Assembly (NCBI GenBank): GCA_052426225.1
Contig: JBNJNM010000015.1
Location: forward strand, 868,001 to 932,000
Reading direction: 5' to 3'
Source: Zancudomyces culisetae HAW-14-8
Lineage: Eukaryota > Fungi > Kickxellomycota
Length of the DNA stretch: 64,000 nucleotides
Position 1 is the first letter of the stretch, and every line of letters begins with the position of its first letter. Position numbers and translations under genes: made by a program. The notes beneath the pieces are model-generated. The model was not told where the DNA came from and did no database searches. It saw nothing but the letters and a program-made list of their open reading frames with translations. Shown piece by piece: positions 12,421-24,441 of the stretch.

Positions 12421-14455
12421 ACGGCTTGTTCAATCAGTGTCGCTTCCTCGAAGTTCTGTCTTTTTTTTGCGTGTGTGTTACCAAAATGGACGTTTATTAG
12501 CGTGAGAGCTTTTACTTGTATCCAATTTTAATACACTTTAGTGTATTTACCACCAAATGGGAATTATGGATGGGTTGGAGGTTAAAAACCTGAGCATACT
12601 TGCATATCAACACGTTGTTATATTGTAGACTTGGTTTTATAGTATGCATCATTTAATTTTGAGCTGTATAGTCATCCTTTGGTTAAATAAGAGTCTGTTT
12701 ATACATTTTGTAAGTTTGCTGCTAGTTTAGCATGAGGGGATGGGGGGGGGGACTTCTTGATGTAAAGACAAATGTAGATATAGGGCGACAACCTACAAAG
12801 GATGACATTTCCATGTGAATAGGGTTACTACGATGGCGAGCAATGTTGGCTCAATGGTTGTTGATGAAATGGGGGGAGCAATTCAGCTTGATTTTGATAC
12901 AAAACAGCCGATATACTTGCTAGTGAAGCATATAAATGGTGGATATACCCTAGCTCAAAGATCATGGCTGGGTATAGACACATATTTCTTTTTTCCTTTC
13001 TTTTTTTTTGTATTTACAATTTTAGGTTTTTTTATACTTCACCACAACTTTGAAATTAAGGTATGGGTGATGAAAGGTTACGGTGTAAACACGGAGAAAT
13101 ATGATGGTGGAATAGTGTTTTTGTTTTGTTTTGCTTTGCTTTGCTTTGTTCTAGAATGGAAGGTAGAGCAAAAAAGATTCAACATAGCAGGCTTTCCAAA
13201 TGGCCATGTTTTCAATAATACTGGTTAACTCGCTGTTTATTTAAAAGCGGGGGAGGAGGGTATTTTGGGGGGTTTTTTGTGGTATTTTGCACTTTCTAAA
13301 TTCTGCACATCTGTATTATTTACGGCTATATCTTCCAAAAAATACATATATATGCGTATATAAAACTATAAAATCTGTCCTGTAATTGGTAGAAAGTGGT
13401 TAATTCACCAGGCTTTTTATATATAAAAAAAGAAAGGGAAATCCCACCTTCCTGCTATTTCTTAACCGCCCTCCTCCCACACCTCCCCAACAAAGCTAAC
13501 CTGCTTTTCCCAGTTTCATTTCCAAATCTGCCAAACTTGGCTTTTGTTTTCGGTTTAGTAACTACCAGTTTCTTAATTACACTCATTATTCCACAATGAT
13601 GTTTAGTTCGATTTGGCACAAGCTGAGCAAGAATACAGCAAGTTTACATTGCACCAGGTTTTATTTTCTGCAAATTAGTAATTACGCATCTCGGGCATAA
13701 TATGAAAAAAGCAAAGAAAAAACAATTGAAATGAAAATAAAAAGAACTGAATTAATGTATAAAAAAAAGCAAAAAGGTTTGTTACATGTCCGCTTTAAAA
13801 AGAGAGGAATTGGGAAAGCTCCAATTATTTGATGTACTTATTTAGCATTTGTTTACTTTTTTACAACTTGCTAAGCTCTGATTTGCTCTATCTATCTGAA
13901 CTGCTCAGGCTCTGTAATGATTAGAAAATTAATTAGCCGTTTTGATTGTTGTTGCAATTATTAATTTCAAACCATTTTTATTACTAGCAAACCCAAAATC
14001 TACAGCAGAAAACCCACAAGTCCATATCCGACAACTCATTCATCTCCCACCACTTTATTGCTAATTTATTTGCTACATTTCCAGAGCACTAATTTTTTTT
14101 TGTTTTTGTTTTTGTTTTGAATGATATTTATTTTAATGGTTGTTATTCTAGAGCTTTTTATAGAGGGGAAAAATTTTTTTAGCTTCCTCTTCTGGCACAA
14201 AAAAGTGTGTAAATAAAAAGTAAAGTTCTACTTTGTTGTCTATACAATACTTGAAATTGATAATAAAACAAAAGTTACAGTTTGTTTTTATTTTCAAATA
14301 ACGAGCAAAATTAAATTGCAAACATCTAATCGTTGTACTAAAAGAAAAATAATAGGTAAAGTGCAGTAGTATAAGACGAAAAAAAAAACACATAACAGAT
14401 AGAATACTTGCTTATAAAGACAAATAACTATAATCTAAATAGAAAAATAAACAAG

Positions 14456-15799
14456 ATGCGTGAAATTATATCGATTCATGTTGGACAGGCCGGAGTACAA
14501 ATAGGAAATGCATGCTGGGAGTTGTACTGTTTGGAACACGGAATTAAGCCAGATGGAACAGTAGATGGAGCCAACCAAAAGAGAGATGATTCAAGCTCAA
14601 CATTTTTTTCGGAAACCAGCACAGGTAAGAGAGTACCACGAACAGTGTTTGTAGATCTTGAACCAACAGTGATTGATGAGGTCAGAAGTGGCGAATACCG
14701 ACAGTTGTACCACCCAGAGCAGCTGATTACAGGCAAGGAGGACGCAGCAAACAACTATGCTCGTGGCCACTACACCATTGGCAAGGAAATAATCGACACA
14801 GTGTTGGACCGGATCCGAAAGTTGGCAGACAACTGCCGCGGGCTGCAAGGCTTTTTGGTGTTCCACAGTTTTGGTGGAGGAACCGGTTCAGGTTTTGGAG
14901 CATTGTTGTTGGAGCGCTTGTCAGTTGATTACGGCAAAAAATCCAAACTTGAGTTTTCAGTATACCCAGCACCTCAGATTTCCAATGCCGTGGTTGAGCC
15001 ATACAACTCCATTTTGACCACACACACCACCTTGGAACACAGTGACTGTTCGTTTATGGTTGACAACGAAGCCATCTACGACATTTGCCGTCGCAATCTC
15101 GACATTGAAAGACCATCTTTCGACAATCTCAACAGACTCATTGCCCAAATCGTCTCATCCATCACTGCCTCGCTACGCTTCGAAGGTTCCCTCAACGTCG
15201 ATCTCAACGAGTTCCAGACCAACTTGGTACCTTATCCTCGTATCCACTTCCCTCTTGTCACTTACGCCCCCATCATCTCCGCCAACAAGGCTTCCCACGA
15301 AGCCCTATCAGTCTCTGAAATCACAATGGCCTGCTTCGAACCATCCAACCAGATGGTTAAATGTGATCCTCGCCGCGGCAAGTACATGTCTTGCTGTCTG
15401 CTCTACCGTGGTGACGTCATCCCCAAGGATGTCAACGCTGCCGTCGCAAACATCAAAACAAAACGCACTATCCAATTCGTCGACTGGTGCCCCACCGGCT
15501 TCAAGCTCGGAATCAACGCCCAGCCCCCAGCCTGTGTCCCTGGCGGCGACTTGGCCAAGGTTTCCCGCGCCGTCTGCATGCTTTCCAACACCACCGCTAT
15601 TGCCGAAGCCTGGGCCCGCCTCGACCACAAGTTCGACCTTATGTACGCCAAGCGCGCCTTTGTCCACTGGTATGTTGGTGAAGGTATGGAAGAAGGTGAG
15701 TTCAGCGAAGCCCGTGAAGACCTGGCTGCCCTTGAGAGAGATTATGAGGAAGTTGGTACTGACTCTGTTGATGTTGACCAAGACATTCCTGAATATTAA
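14456..15799 (+). CDS. TUB1: Alpha-tubulin, intronless
   Basis: [13 protein letters not shown] start at ATG 14456, GGGTGSG signature, C-terminal ...EY. Confidence 0.99.
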   Translation: MREIISIHVGQAGVQIGNACWELYCLEHGIKPDGTVDGANQKRDDSSSTFFSETSTGKRVPRTVFVDLEPTVIDEVRSGEYRQLYHPEQLITGKEDAANNYARGHYTIGKEIIDTVLDRIRKLADNCRGLQGFLVFHSFGGGTGSGFGALLLERLSVDYGKKSKLEFSVYPAPQISNAVVEPYNSILTTHTTLEHSDCSFMVDNEAIYDICRRNLDIERPSFDNLNRLIAQIVSSITASLRFEGSLNVDLNEFQTNLVPYPRIHFPLVTYAPIISANKASHEALSVSEITMACFEPSNQMVKCDPRRGKYMSCCLLYRGDVIPKDVNAAVANIKTKRTIQFVDWCPTGFKLGINAQPPACVPGGDLAKVSRAVCMLSNTTAIAEAWARLDHKFDLMYAKRAFVHWYVGEGMEEGEFSEAREDLAALERDYEEVGTDSVDVDQDIPEY

Positions 15800-16133
15800 T
15801 CCTCATGTCTTTTTTTTTCATCCAATTAGCTCCACTTTATCTTTGATTTTGACATTTTTAAATAATAAACCCACACCTCTTTATTATTCTTCCATCTTGA
15901 CACGGTCATTACTTTGTTTTGACATGTTGGTCTTTATTTCATAACGTCTTTAAAACTGTTTTCGGTCCCCATCTACGTAGTCAAAGAAAAAAAAAGTCTG
16001 TACTAGAAAAATAAAAAAACACTACAAAGTCCGCATTATGTAGCTTTTCTCTTGATATTATATTATATTATATTATATTATATTAACCAATCTCCCATTT
16101 GTTCCCCTATTTGTTCACTTTTTTCGCCTGAAG

Positions 16134-17691
16134 CTATTGCCTATACTGGTATCCCATATAAGACTGTTGGTGCTGTGGTTGTTGCTGAGGTTGTGGTTGT
16201 AGCTGTTGCTGACTAAGATACTGGTTTGTGCTACTATTATTACTACTGTTGTTATCACAGTTGTTAGCATTTAATAGAAACCCCTGATTGATTGATGGCA
16301 GTGTATTTGACGAGCCGTTTCCGCTGGTACAAACATTATTGTCGTTTTTTCCAAAACTTTGAATATGACCCTCTTCAGGATTTCCAAGATGATTGCTGTT
16401 TGCGCTGGTATAAGAGTTTGGATCTGTGATGGCATTTATTCCACCAGGAACCATATAAGCTTGTTGGTGCTGCAGTCGGCTAGATCGCCTATTATGTTCC
16501 TGACTGTATTCTTGATTATAGGGCTGGGTATACGATTGACTATACTGCTGCCCATACGCTTGATTATATGGCTGTCCGTATTGTTGGGCATAGGGCTGGT
16601 TGTACTGTTGGTTGGCCATTGAAATCGTCTGGATTGCTGGCATTGTCGCTGATGATGAATTAGACACCATTGATAGTGGTGGTAGTGAAAACTGCTGAAG
16701 ATTAACACCATGCTGCACGCTATTTGAATTCAAGGCTAAACCCGAATTTGCGTTTTGCTGGCTTTGCATTTGGCCTGGATAGCCATACGAGTGAAGCTGG
16801 TTACCATAGTTACCTAGCGACGGTAATTGTACAGCTTCGTTACCTCCCAGTGTCGACCCATCTGTTCCCGCTGCCATATCTTCATTCTCCTCCCTACTAC
16901 CATTGTTGTCACTTTTTTTCCTGCTCTTGCTATTTTTATGCGGTAGTCGCTGTCCATCTGTCACTTCCTGCTTGATCTTTTTTTCTTCGCTCTTTACGCC
17001 CATGTCTTGCACCTGCCATTCACTTCCATGACCGACTTCACTCCCTAAGCTATTTCTAGCACCACTGGTATCGCTATTGTTAGTAATTCCTCCTCCTCCT
17101 CCTCCTCCTCCTCCTCCTCCAGTATCTCCTTCATCCACCACTTTCTCCACTATATCCTTTAGGAAATCGTAACATTCTATCGAATTTATACTTCGTTTTC
17201 TATTTGGCCAATATTCATTTGGTAAATCCCTTTTTTTATTTTGCCTCTATTCCGCCGACGTGCTCTACAATTTCTATATTTATCCTTCCCACCACCACCT
17301 TCCTGATTATGATATTCAAAATAAAAAAGGGATCTTACAAATGCGCTGGCAGAATTCGTTTTAAATTAGCTTTTCTGGCTTCTTGAGCAACGTCATTTAT
17401 TATATTCTGCATAAACATCTCCAATGCCTTTGCTATTAACATCAAAAACCACAATAGTAAATGTAGGAACTATAATACTGATTATTATTTTCGCTTACAA
17501 ATCAAGACAGGTGTTGCCTGTGACATTTTCCCAACATCCTCATCCATTTGCATAATTCGCTTAATTCTAGCCTATTTTTTTTTGGTTCATAAGTATGCGA
17601 ATATTTAATGTTGTTGTTGGATTTTGAGCATGAATTAGTGTGTCTATTTGTTACTTACTACTGGAAACTTGGTTTTGTACTTTTTCTTCAT
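16134..17691 (-). CDS. BUR6: NC2-alpha (DRAP1/Bur6) histone-fold cofactor with long low-complexity C-terminal tail; 4 exons
   Basis: Spliced MKKKYKTKFPV|ARIKRIMQMDEDVGKMSQATPVLI|SKALEMF...PAHL|KRSINSIECYDFLKDIV joins in frame into ORF 16134-17150. Confidence 0.92.
17088..17119. repeat. (CCT)n microsatellite encoding poly-Gly in NC2-alpha
   Basis: About 10 tandem CCT units. Confidence 0.9.
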
Positions 17692-20072
17692 TTTCGGCTT
17701 TTTTTGATGTTTCCCGCCCTTTCTGGTGTGCTAAGCCTACACTATCCTTTCTTGCTGTTATCAATGCTCCTAGTATTTTATGTGTTTGGATTATTTAAAT
17801 AAAACCAAAAATTGGTATATTTACATTTTGCACGTTTTTTAATTAAATCGTTCCTTTATACTGAACACGACGAATTTTTTTTTTGAGCTTTCAATGTAAC
17901 AATTGCCTGAAAATTACAAAAATAATTAGGAGTTGGATGAACCAAGGAAATTGCTTAGCGAATGGCATTTCTTAGATTTTTCCATCACGGTTTGGTAACA
18001 ACTTGCATAAACCACGCATTTTTTTGCCATGGAAACTGCGTTTATTTATTTCTGCTATATCTTTTTCGTGTTTTTGGAGATTGATTAAACCAAATCAAAC
18101 ATCCACGTTTATTCGCTTTTTAAATTCTAACAGTGGACAAAAATAAATAGTGAGATGGAGAACATTAAACACAGAATGCAACATAGGCATCTTTTAAACA
18201 GTATTACATATGCTTTTGATCACAGGTGTTAAAACAAAAACTTTTGCCGGATAGCCTATCTCTAAATTACCACATCCTCCTTCGAATGGCGTCCCTGCAT
18301 TACATTTATTTTTTTTTTTGGGTTTAGAATTTTATCTATATATGATTGCCTCAATGGCCGAGAATGTGGTGGAAACACAGACATAAAAAACCCGTTTGAA
18401 ATTCATGCAGCCCAGATTTCAAGTATAATTAGTTTATATATCGCATTGTGCAACAAACGCCTTTCCAAATTCCTTGTTTGTCAAACTGTATTCTCTGCTC
18501 TTTGTTCAATGGGTTGGAATTTTTTGTCAATAGATGCGAATGCAAATTTCCCAACACCTCTCTACGCGTTTAAGATTACGATACACTCTGTTGTTTGTTC
18601 CATCACCATTGATGTTTTTCAAAAATATTTGCATCCACCACCCTTCCGACTCAGACTCAGACTCAGACTCAGGCTAAATTGGCTTTGTTGATAAATCCGT
18701 TTTATTAATTAACTGATCTCAAAACGCATTAAATATCTGTATTTTTTTTATCAGATTGGCCATCATTTGCCTAATAGTACTGAAGTAGAAATATACACTG
18801 TAATATTCTAGTGTAGTATGTTTTACACTAAACCTTCAGTAATCATAACCTTCACTCCCACTCCCACTCCCACTTCCACACTTCAAGTGGGTATACACGA
18901 GCTTGGGCTAGGCTAGTTGAGTATATATTTTCACTCAATTGCTATACACCTCTGTACCACCTGTAGACTTTAAAATCAGTTTTAAAATACTTATTGGACT
19001 ACTTCATCTCCTGGTTACCATCTATCATTTATCGATTTTCATTTTTATTATCGTTTACACATTATTAGCATAGCAGGATAGCCTGTGATAGCGTAAATTC
19101 TTGGTCGTGTTTAGAATCATTTAACAGCTATTAACTTGTAATTCAAATAATTCTTGAACGCTAATGTGTTTATAAACTATTTTTTGATTTATTTTTACCG
19201 GCTTATACCACCAAGGGAAGGAGAACCGAGATTCCATTATTTTATTTGGTTAGGTTCCCTTTAAAAATTCAAAACGTAGTCAAAGGACTTGCTAAACCTC
19301 TTGTATTTAATCAGTTTATTTGATTAATCATAGTATAGTCATTCGTAACATACTTTCTTATAGTTTGTATTCGAAGTAATGCTAAAAAAAAAAATTTGTC
19401 TGTCCTTCTTCATCTCTGTTAGTAGTCCTCATTTCCTCCCAAAAATAGCACTAGAACTGCAAACAACACCACGCTTAAAAGTGAGAACCAGCCAATGTGC
19501 ATTTTTACTGCAAAATGTATTTCAGTAAATCACGTTTATAGCGAAAACCTCCGGCATAATTGTTACTTAATTTACTTGTATCTCCAATTATCGACTTCAG
19601 CCACTAAGGATTCAATCAACTCCGCCACTGATTATGCAAAATAAACGCATATTGATGAAAAAACCCAGCTACCAAATAGGACCCGCAACACACAGTTTCC
19701 GATACTTCCCCATTTAATAACCCATAATCTTACTACCTTTTTTTTTATTTTGTTTGACTCGCATTTTCGGGCTGGCGGGGAGGGGGGGGGGAGTTCTTTG
19801 CGAATGTGGATTATAGGATAGTTTTGATATTTTGAAACACTTCAAAGAAATTTTTTTGGATTTATTTTCGCAGCAATTGTCTGGGCTGTACTTTCGGTGT
19901 TTGAATATTTAAACTTGTTTTCCGTATCTTTTTTGTATTATTTTCTTTTTTTTTCAGATACACAAATAATTGTACCTTCATTTTTCAAGCTTATTTAAAC
20001 GGCAAAGATACAAGAAAGGTAGAAAAAGGATAACATATATTTTGCGCTTTGGTAGAGTATTTGGTCACGAAT

Positions 20073-20891
20073 ATGATTTTATTACTTGTATGTATTTTCC
20101 TCCTGGTTGTTCTTTTGGCAAGAGCAAATAGAGAGGGAACATTAATAAGGAAAGCAAGCGATAAGATATTCGGCTTTGGATGGAGCTTTCTCAGCGAGAA
20201 CGTAGATAAAGAGATAAGTGGTGTCAAAAAGGAGTTATACAGCGAAGTCTCTGGGAATGTGCTTGAAATTGGGGCTGGCTTGGGAACTTCGCTCAAGTAT
20301 CTAAACATGAAAAAAATCAAAAGGTTCTTGGCTGTTGAGCCCAACAAAGCTTTCCACGAAGGTATTGAACGCGAAGCGCTAAAAACTGGCTTTGTCGTTG
20401 ACTATATAACCACAACAGATATCAAGCAGGGAAAACTAGTCGAAAAGCTGAAAACAAGCGGTAACAAGCCTTGTTTGTATATTTATGGTGAATTCCTGGC
20501 AAAGAACCCAGAAACTCAAGAGCTGGTAGCTTCCTTTGGTTTCTTCGATTCGGTTATCATTTCATATGTGTTGTGTTCAGTAGGTGATGTGGAACAGATG
20601 TTGGGGCTAATGGGTAGTGTGCTATCAAAATCTGGAAAACTATATTTTAATGAACACGTTTCTGCAAACGAGAACGGGTCAGCAAGCGAGGTTATATTCC
20701 ACTACTTCCAGGAGCTCGTTACACCCATTTGGGGAGTTTTCTTGGGAAATTGCCACCTAAACAGAAGAACAGGCGAAATGATTGAAAATTCAGCGTACTT
20801 TAAAAACGTGAAAATCAAAAGAACCACACTTGCAAAATCTGGGTTTTCCAGACTGCTTCCCGTAGTATATGGGTCTGCAGAGAAGGCATAG
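20073..20891 (+). CDS. Class I SAM-dependent methyltransferase, METTL7/TMT1-like, with N-terminal membrane anchor
   Basis: VLEIGAGLG motif I, VEPN, FDSVIISYVLCSV, YFNEHV and CHLNR; hydrophobic N-terminus; first ATG at 20073. Confidence 0.85.
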   Translation: MILLLVCIFLLVVLLARANREGTLIRKASDKIFGFGWSFLSENVDKEISGVKKELYSEVSGNVLEIGAGLGTSLKYLNMKKIKRFLAVEPNKAFHEGIEREALKTGFVVDYITTTDIKQGKLVEKLKTSGNKPCLYIYGEFLAKNPETQELVASFGFFDSVIISYVLCSVGDVEQMLGLMGSVLSKSGKLYFNEHVSANENGSASEVIFHYFQELVTPIWGVFLGNCHLNRRTGEMIENSAYFKNVKIKRTTLAKSGFSRLLPVVYGSAEKA

Positions 20892-21252
20892 CTGTATTGA
20901 TTTTGCAACCTTTTTGTGAAAAATCAAATGAAAAAAAAAAGTAGTGCCCAAATAAACTTTCAGGTGGAACTGAGGAAAACTAGTCATGTGGTGGGTAATA
21001 AACCATTTTTTAAATACCTATGTACAAGAAGATATTGAATGGGCTTTTGGGTGAGTTGGCTTTACCACCTTTTATCCTTGGCTCTAAAAAAAATGATAAG
21101 TTATTTGGTATTAGGGAGTTTGCGAAATGTTTGCATAACCTTGTTTGATTGGTGTTCTTTTAAGTGCGTTTATTAATTTTTAAAGCAAAAGAAAAATAAA
21201 CACCTAAGTATGATGTATTTCCCCAAACCAAAGATAGCTCAAAAGACTAAAC

Positions 21253-22473
21253 TTACTCAGCCAAAGAGGCTTTGATTTCAGCAATAATCCCATGATCTGT
21301 GAGAAACTCAAATTCCATATTGAGCAATCCAATCAATTCATTGGTTATGGAGGTACTTTCATCTGTGCTATAATCCATAGCCCATTCATACCGAGAGTGA
21401 TAGACATTGTTGTTGCTTAAATATAGCTTTGGAGTACCTCCAGATACATCAATGTCCACAACATCAAAGTAGTCGCTATTAGCAAATAATCTTACTTTAC
21501 TCAATTTTTTGTCAATATACGCTGTAATATTGACGTATGCCTCTTTTCTGGTATTATACTCGGCCATGTCATTTCTGATTTTTGCCAACTCCATTTTGGA
21601 GTGTTCAGAATTCTGGATCGAAAGCATGTCAAATAGGTGACGGGTAAGCGGACTGTTTAGTGTTATATACTCATTATCTGGTTTTAGCGAACTGGTGTTT
21701 TGCAACGTATTTACAATGCAAGAGTAAATACTATCCACTCTGCCCTCCTCACTATCATCAGCTATTTGAACAGTTCGATCTGTTAACATTACTTTTTTTG
21801 CTTGAAGTAGAGTATTTAAAAATCCATTTATCATATCTAAATAATCTGATACATATGTAATCAAAGCGTTTATTAGGCTAGAACGCTCATCTTCGGTTAG
21901 CTGTGCGATTTCAGGTGTGGGTATTTGCGTGTTATGATTATAACTAGCAATATTTCGCAAAATTAAACCCCTTAGTTCTTCAATCATTTTTACTCTTTCT
22001 AGTACCTCGTTCCTGTAACCGTAAACATGTTTATGGTTTTTGTAGTAAATTAACGCGTAGTAGGATAATAGGTCAATTTTCTTCCGAAGCTCACGTGTAA
22101 ACGAAGAGTTAGCATCGAATTTCAATGGGTCTTCTGGAGTTCGTTCATCGTAATTGTGTAGAGAAATGAGGAATTCATTTACTTTGGTGATTTCAAGACT
22201 GATGCTATCCAAAAGTTTGTAGTACTTATTAGAAACCTCGGCAAAGAGAAGACTGCTATTTCTAATTCTCTGGCAATTTTTGATAACAGCATTTTGTGTA
22301 ATAGTGTAGTTACTATGATCCTGTTTCAATATGCATTGATGAAATGAGTAACTTGGCCATATACTTTCAGCTTTGTGTACAGCGTAACATTCATTAAATG
22401 CCTCTCTATCCAAACCAAGAACATTAGTTGCAGAAAGTGTACCGACAACAATTGCCGAGATTATTAGTTTCAT
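21253..22473 (-). CDS. Hypothetical secreted protein (406 aa), probably helical
   Basis: Long intact ORF with signal-peptide-like MKLIISAIVVGTLSATNVLG; no recognised domain. Confidence 0.75.
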   Translation of the reverse strand: MKLIISAIVVGTLSATNVLGLDREAFNECYAVHKAESIWPSYSFHQCILKQDHSNYTITQNAVIKNCQRIRNSSLLFAEVSNKYYKLLDSISLEITKVNEFLISLHNYDERTPEDPLKFDANSSFTRELRKKIDLLSYYALIYYKNHKHVYGYRNEVLERVKMIEELRGLILRNIASYNHNTQIPTPEIAQLTEDERSSLINALITYVSDYLDMINGFLNTLLQAKKVMLTDRTVQIADDSEEGRVDSIYSCIVNTLQNTSSLKPDNEYITLNSPLTRHLFDMLSIQNSEHSKMELAKIRNDMAEYNTRKEAYVNITAYIDKKLSKVRLFANSDYFDVVDIDVSGGTPKLYLSNNNVYHSRYEWAMDYSTDESTSITNELIGLLNMEFEFLTDHGIIAEIKASLAE

Positions 22474-23409
22474 TTTGCTTGGTGTGGGCTTATTGGTACT
22501 CTTTATAGCTTATAGAAGAAAGAAACTCAAGGTGGTGGTATACTTTGTAGAAATACAACCAGTTGTGTGAATAAAAAAACACAAAGAAAGTGTAGACCTT
22601 ATATAATAATTAATTGAGAGGAGGAGGGGGGGAGGACTAGCTAGTCAATGTTGAAAAAAAATATTCTTGTCTAACGAAGTCTCTCACACTGTATGCCCTA
22701 GTAAACCGTTAACCAGCTGAGTGAGGGGCACTAAGCTTGCTTCTTGGAGGTGGTAAAAAAACGAAAATAATATAATATTTAGACAAATGCGTTATGTTAT
22801 CCCTTGATTTATATTAGTGAAAACAGGATTTAATATTTTGAACTTCAAAAATGGAAAAAACTTGAACTTTCCATAAATATGTTAATTAAACTTCCTTTTT
22901 TGTTTTATTTTGTTTTCACTAATGAATTAAATAATGATACCACGTAGAGCTACAAGTAACAACTCTGTATAATATTTGTGCATCCAAACCCTTTCAAGCC
23001 CTCTGCTGCAAGAAACTCTATATTTATTGGGTGTCGGATCAAGGAAAAAAAATATTTTATCAAAGGGAAGAAAGTTAACGATTAATTTGTATAGGAATTG
23101 TGTAGGCTGTTCAAACCAGATACCCCAGTTCTTGCATACTTTTTTAATTGGTAAATATAGTATGCTTTCTTTCTAGCTATTAACTACCATCCATTCCCAT
23201 TACCATCTCACTACCCTTTTATGTTCAAACCATTTCAATTGTGGAATACAAAACACCTTATTAGTGAGTGAAAAATAAACCATTTTTGGATTTATTAACA
23301 CATAAATTACAGATATGTTACTTATAAACTATAGTGTCACGAATTAAACTCATTTATAGGAATAAATTAATTATATATCAATAAATTGGTTAAAAAAGCA
23401 ATAAAAAAT

Positions 23410-24441
23410 CTAAAATAGCAAAACCAATACTGTTGAAAAGAGCATCACTAATTTGAATCCGGTATTTTGCAAAATAGTAGAGGAAGAATTAAAATTTGCT
23501 GAGTAATTTGGCGAGGGTCGTGCAGTTGTATCCAATAGGTATGATTTCTCAATTCCTGTGACATTTACAATCCAGTCAATGTAGCTATATACATGGGTAT
23601 AATAGTTCGTAACAGCACTTTCTGGACGAATATCAGCACCACTCTCAGATCTACCTGTATTACTCGCAACACCAACAAGTAAATTAGCTCCATCATTCAT
23701 GTACACCAAGGGGTTTCCTCCATCTCCAAATACCAAACTTTTGCCATCCTTCACTAATGTACAGACAACATCTTTGTTGTTGTTCGACCAGTTGACATTG
23801 GCGTCTTTACAAACACTTGAAGAAGAGGGTGATTGTATAGCTTTATTTAGTTTATCATTTGGTAAACCCGATATCCCAGTCGAAGTAAAACCCCAACCTG
23901 CTGTAACCAAATCCACATCATCCGTTACATTTCCACTGTAGATCGCTACTGGTGTGGCAATATCCTTTGATACCGGAGACATTAATTCAAGAATTGCTAT
24001 ATCATTTTCCAATGACTTTGGAGAAAACTCAGGATGAATATGTACTTTACGTGCTAAATATGTAATACCCTCTCTGTATTTTGTTGTTTCAATATCAATG
24101 GAAATATATATTTTCTCAGAATCTTGCACTAATTTGCCTTCCTTGTATAAGAGGCAACTAGCTGCTGTTACTGCTGTTTGGTTAGATATCAGTGAAATAC
24201 TACATTTTAATGAAGATCTTTGCATGTACACGTCCATTCTTCCAATATATGGAAAATCTTCTCCCTTTGCTGGTTCCCCATTTAGGATTCTCGCATTGTT
24301 AATACGATTATTCACTCCGTTCTGTGATATGCCAGTATTTGTGTCTACATTTTCAACTGAGGAACCGTGTACAGCAGCAATACCCCCAAGCGATAGTGCT
24401 GTGAGGATATGTTTACAAAGTGATTTGTTGTTCAATTTCAT
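23410..24441 (-). CDS. Trypsin-fold (S1) serine protease homologue, predicted inactive, secreted with GPI-like tail
   Basis: R-ILNG activation site and NDIAIL retained, but TAASC (His to Ser) and GDGGNP (Ser to Gly); signal peptide; Ser-rich then hydrophobic C-terminus. Confidence 0.85.
   Translation of the reverse strand: MKLNNKSLCKHILTALSLGGIAAVHGSSVENVDTNTGISQNGVNNRINNARILNGEPAKGEDFPYIGRMDVYMQRSSLKCSISLISNQTAVTAASCLLYKEGKLVQDSEKIYISIDIETTKYREGITYLARKVHIHPEFSPKSLENDIAILELMSPVSKDIATPVAIYSGNVTDDVDLVTAGWGFTSTGISGLPNDKLNKAIQSPSSSSVCKDANVNWSNNNKDVVCTLVKDGKSLVFGDGGNPLVYMNDGANLLVGVASNTGRSESGADIRPESAVTNYYTHVYSYIDWIVNVTGIEKSYLLDTTARPSPNYSANFNSSSTILQNTGFKLVMLFSTVLVLLF

Noticed and set aside
14555-14600. 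Alpha-tubulin lacks the K40 acetylation loop
   Set aside because: Divergence of this loop is common in fungi; not novel.
15042-15944. 300-aa alternative-frame ORF and antisense ORFs over alpha-tubulin, RPL1, RPL7 and RPL6
   Set aside because: Shadow ORFs produced by biased codon usage in conserved genes; no domain features.
18348-18420. tRNA-like start GCCTCAATGGCCGAG...TGGT
   Set aside because: No T-arm (GTTCRA) and no acceptor-stem complement.
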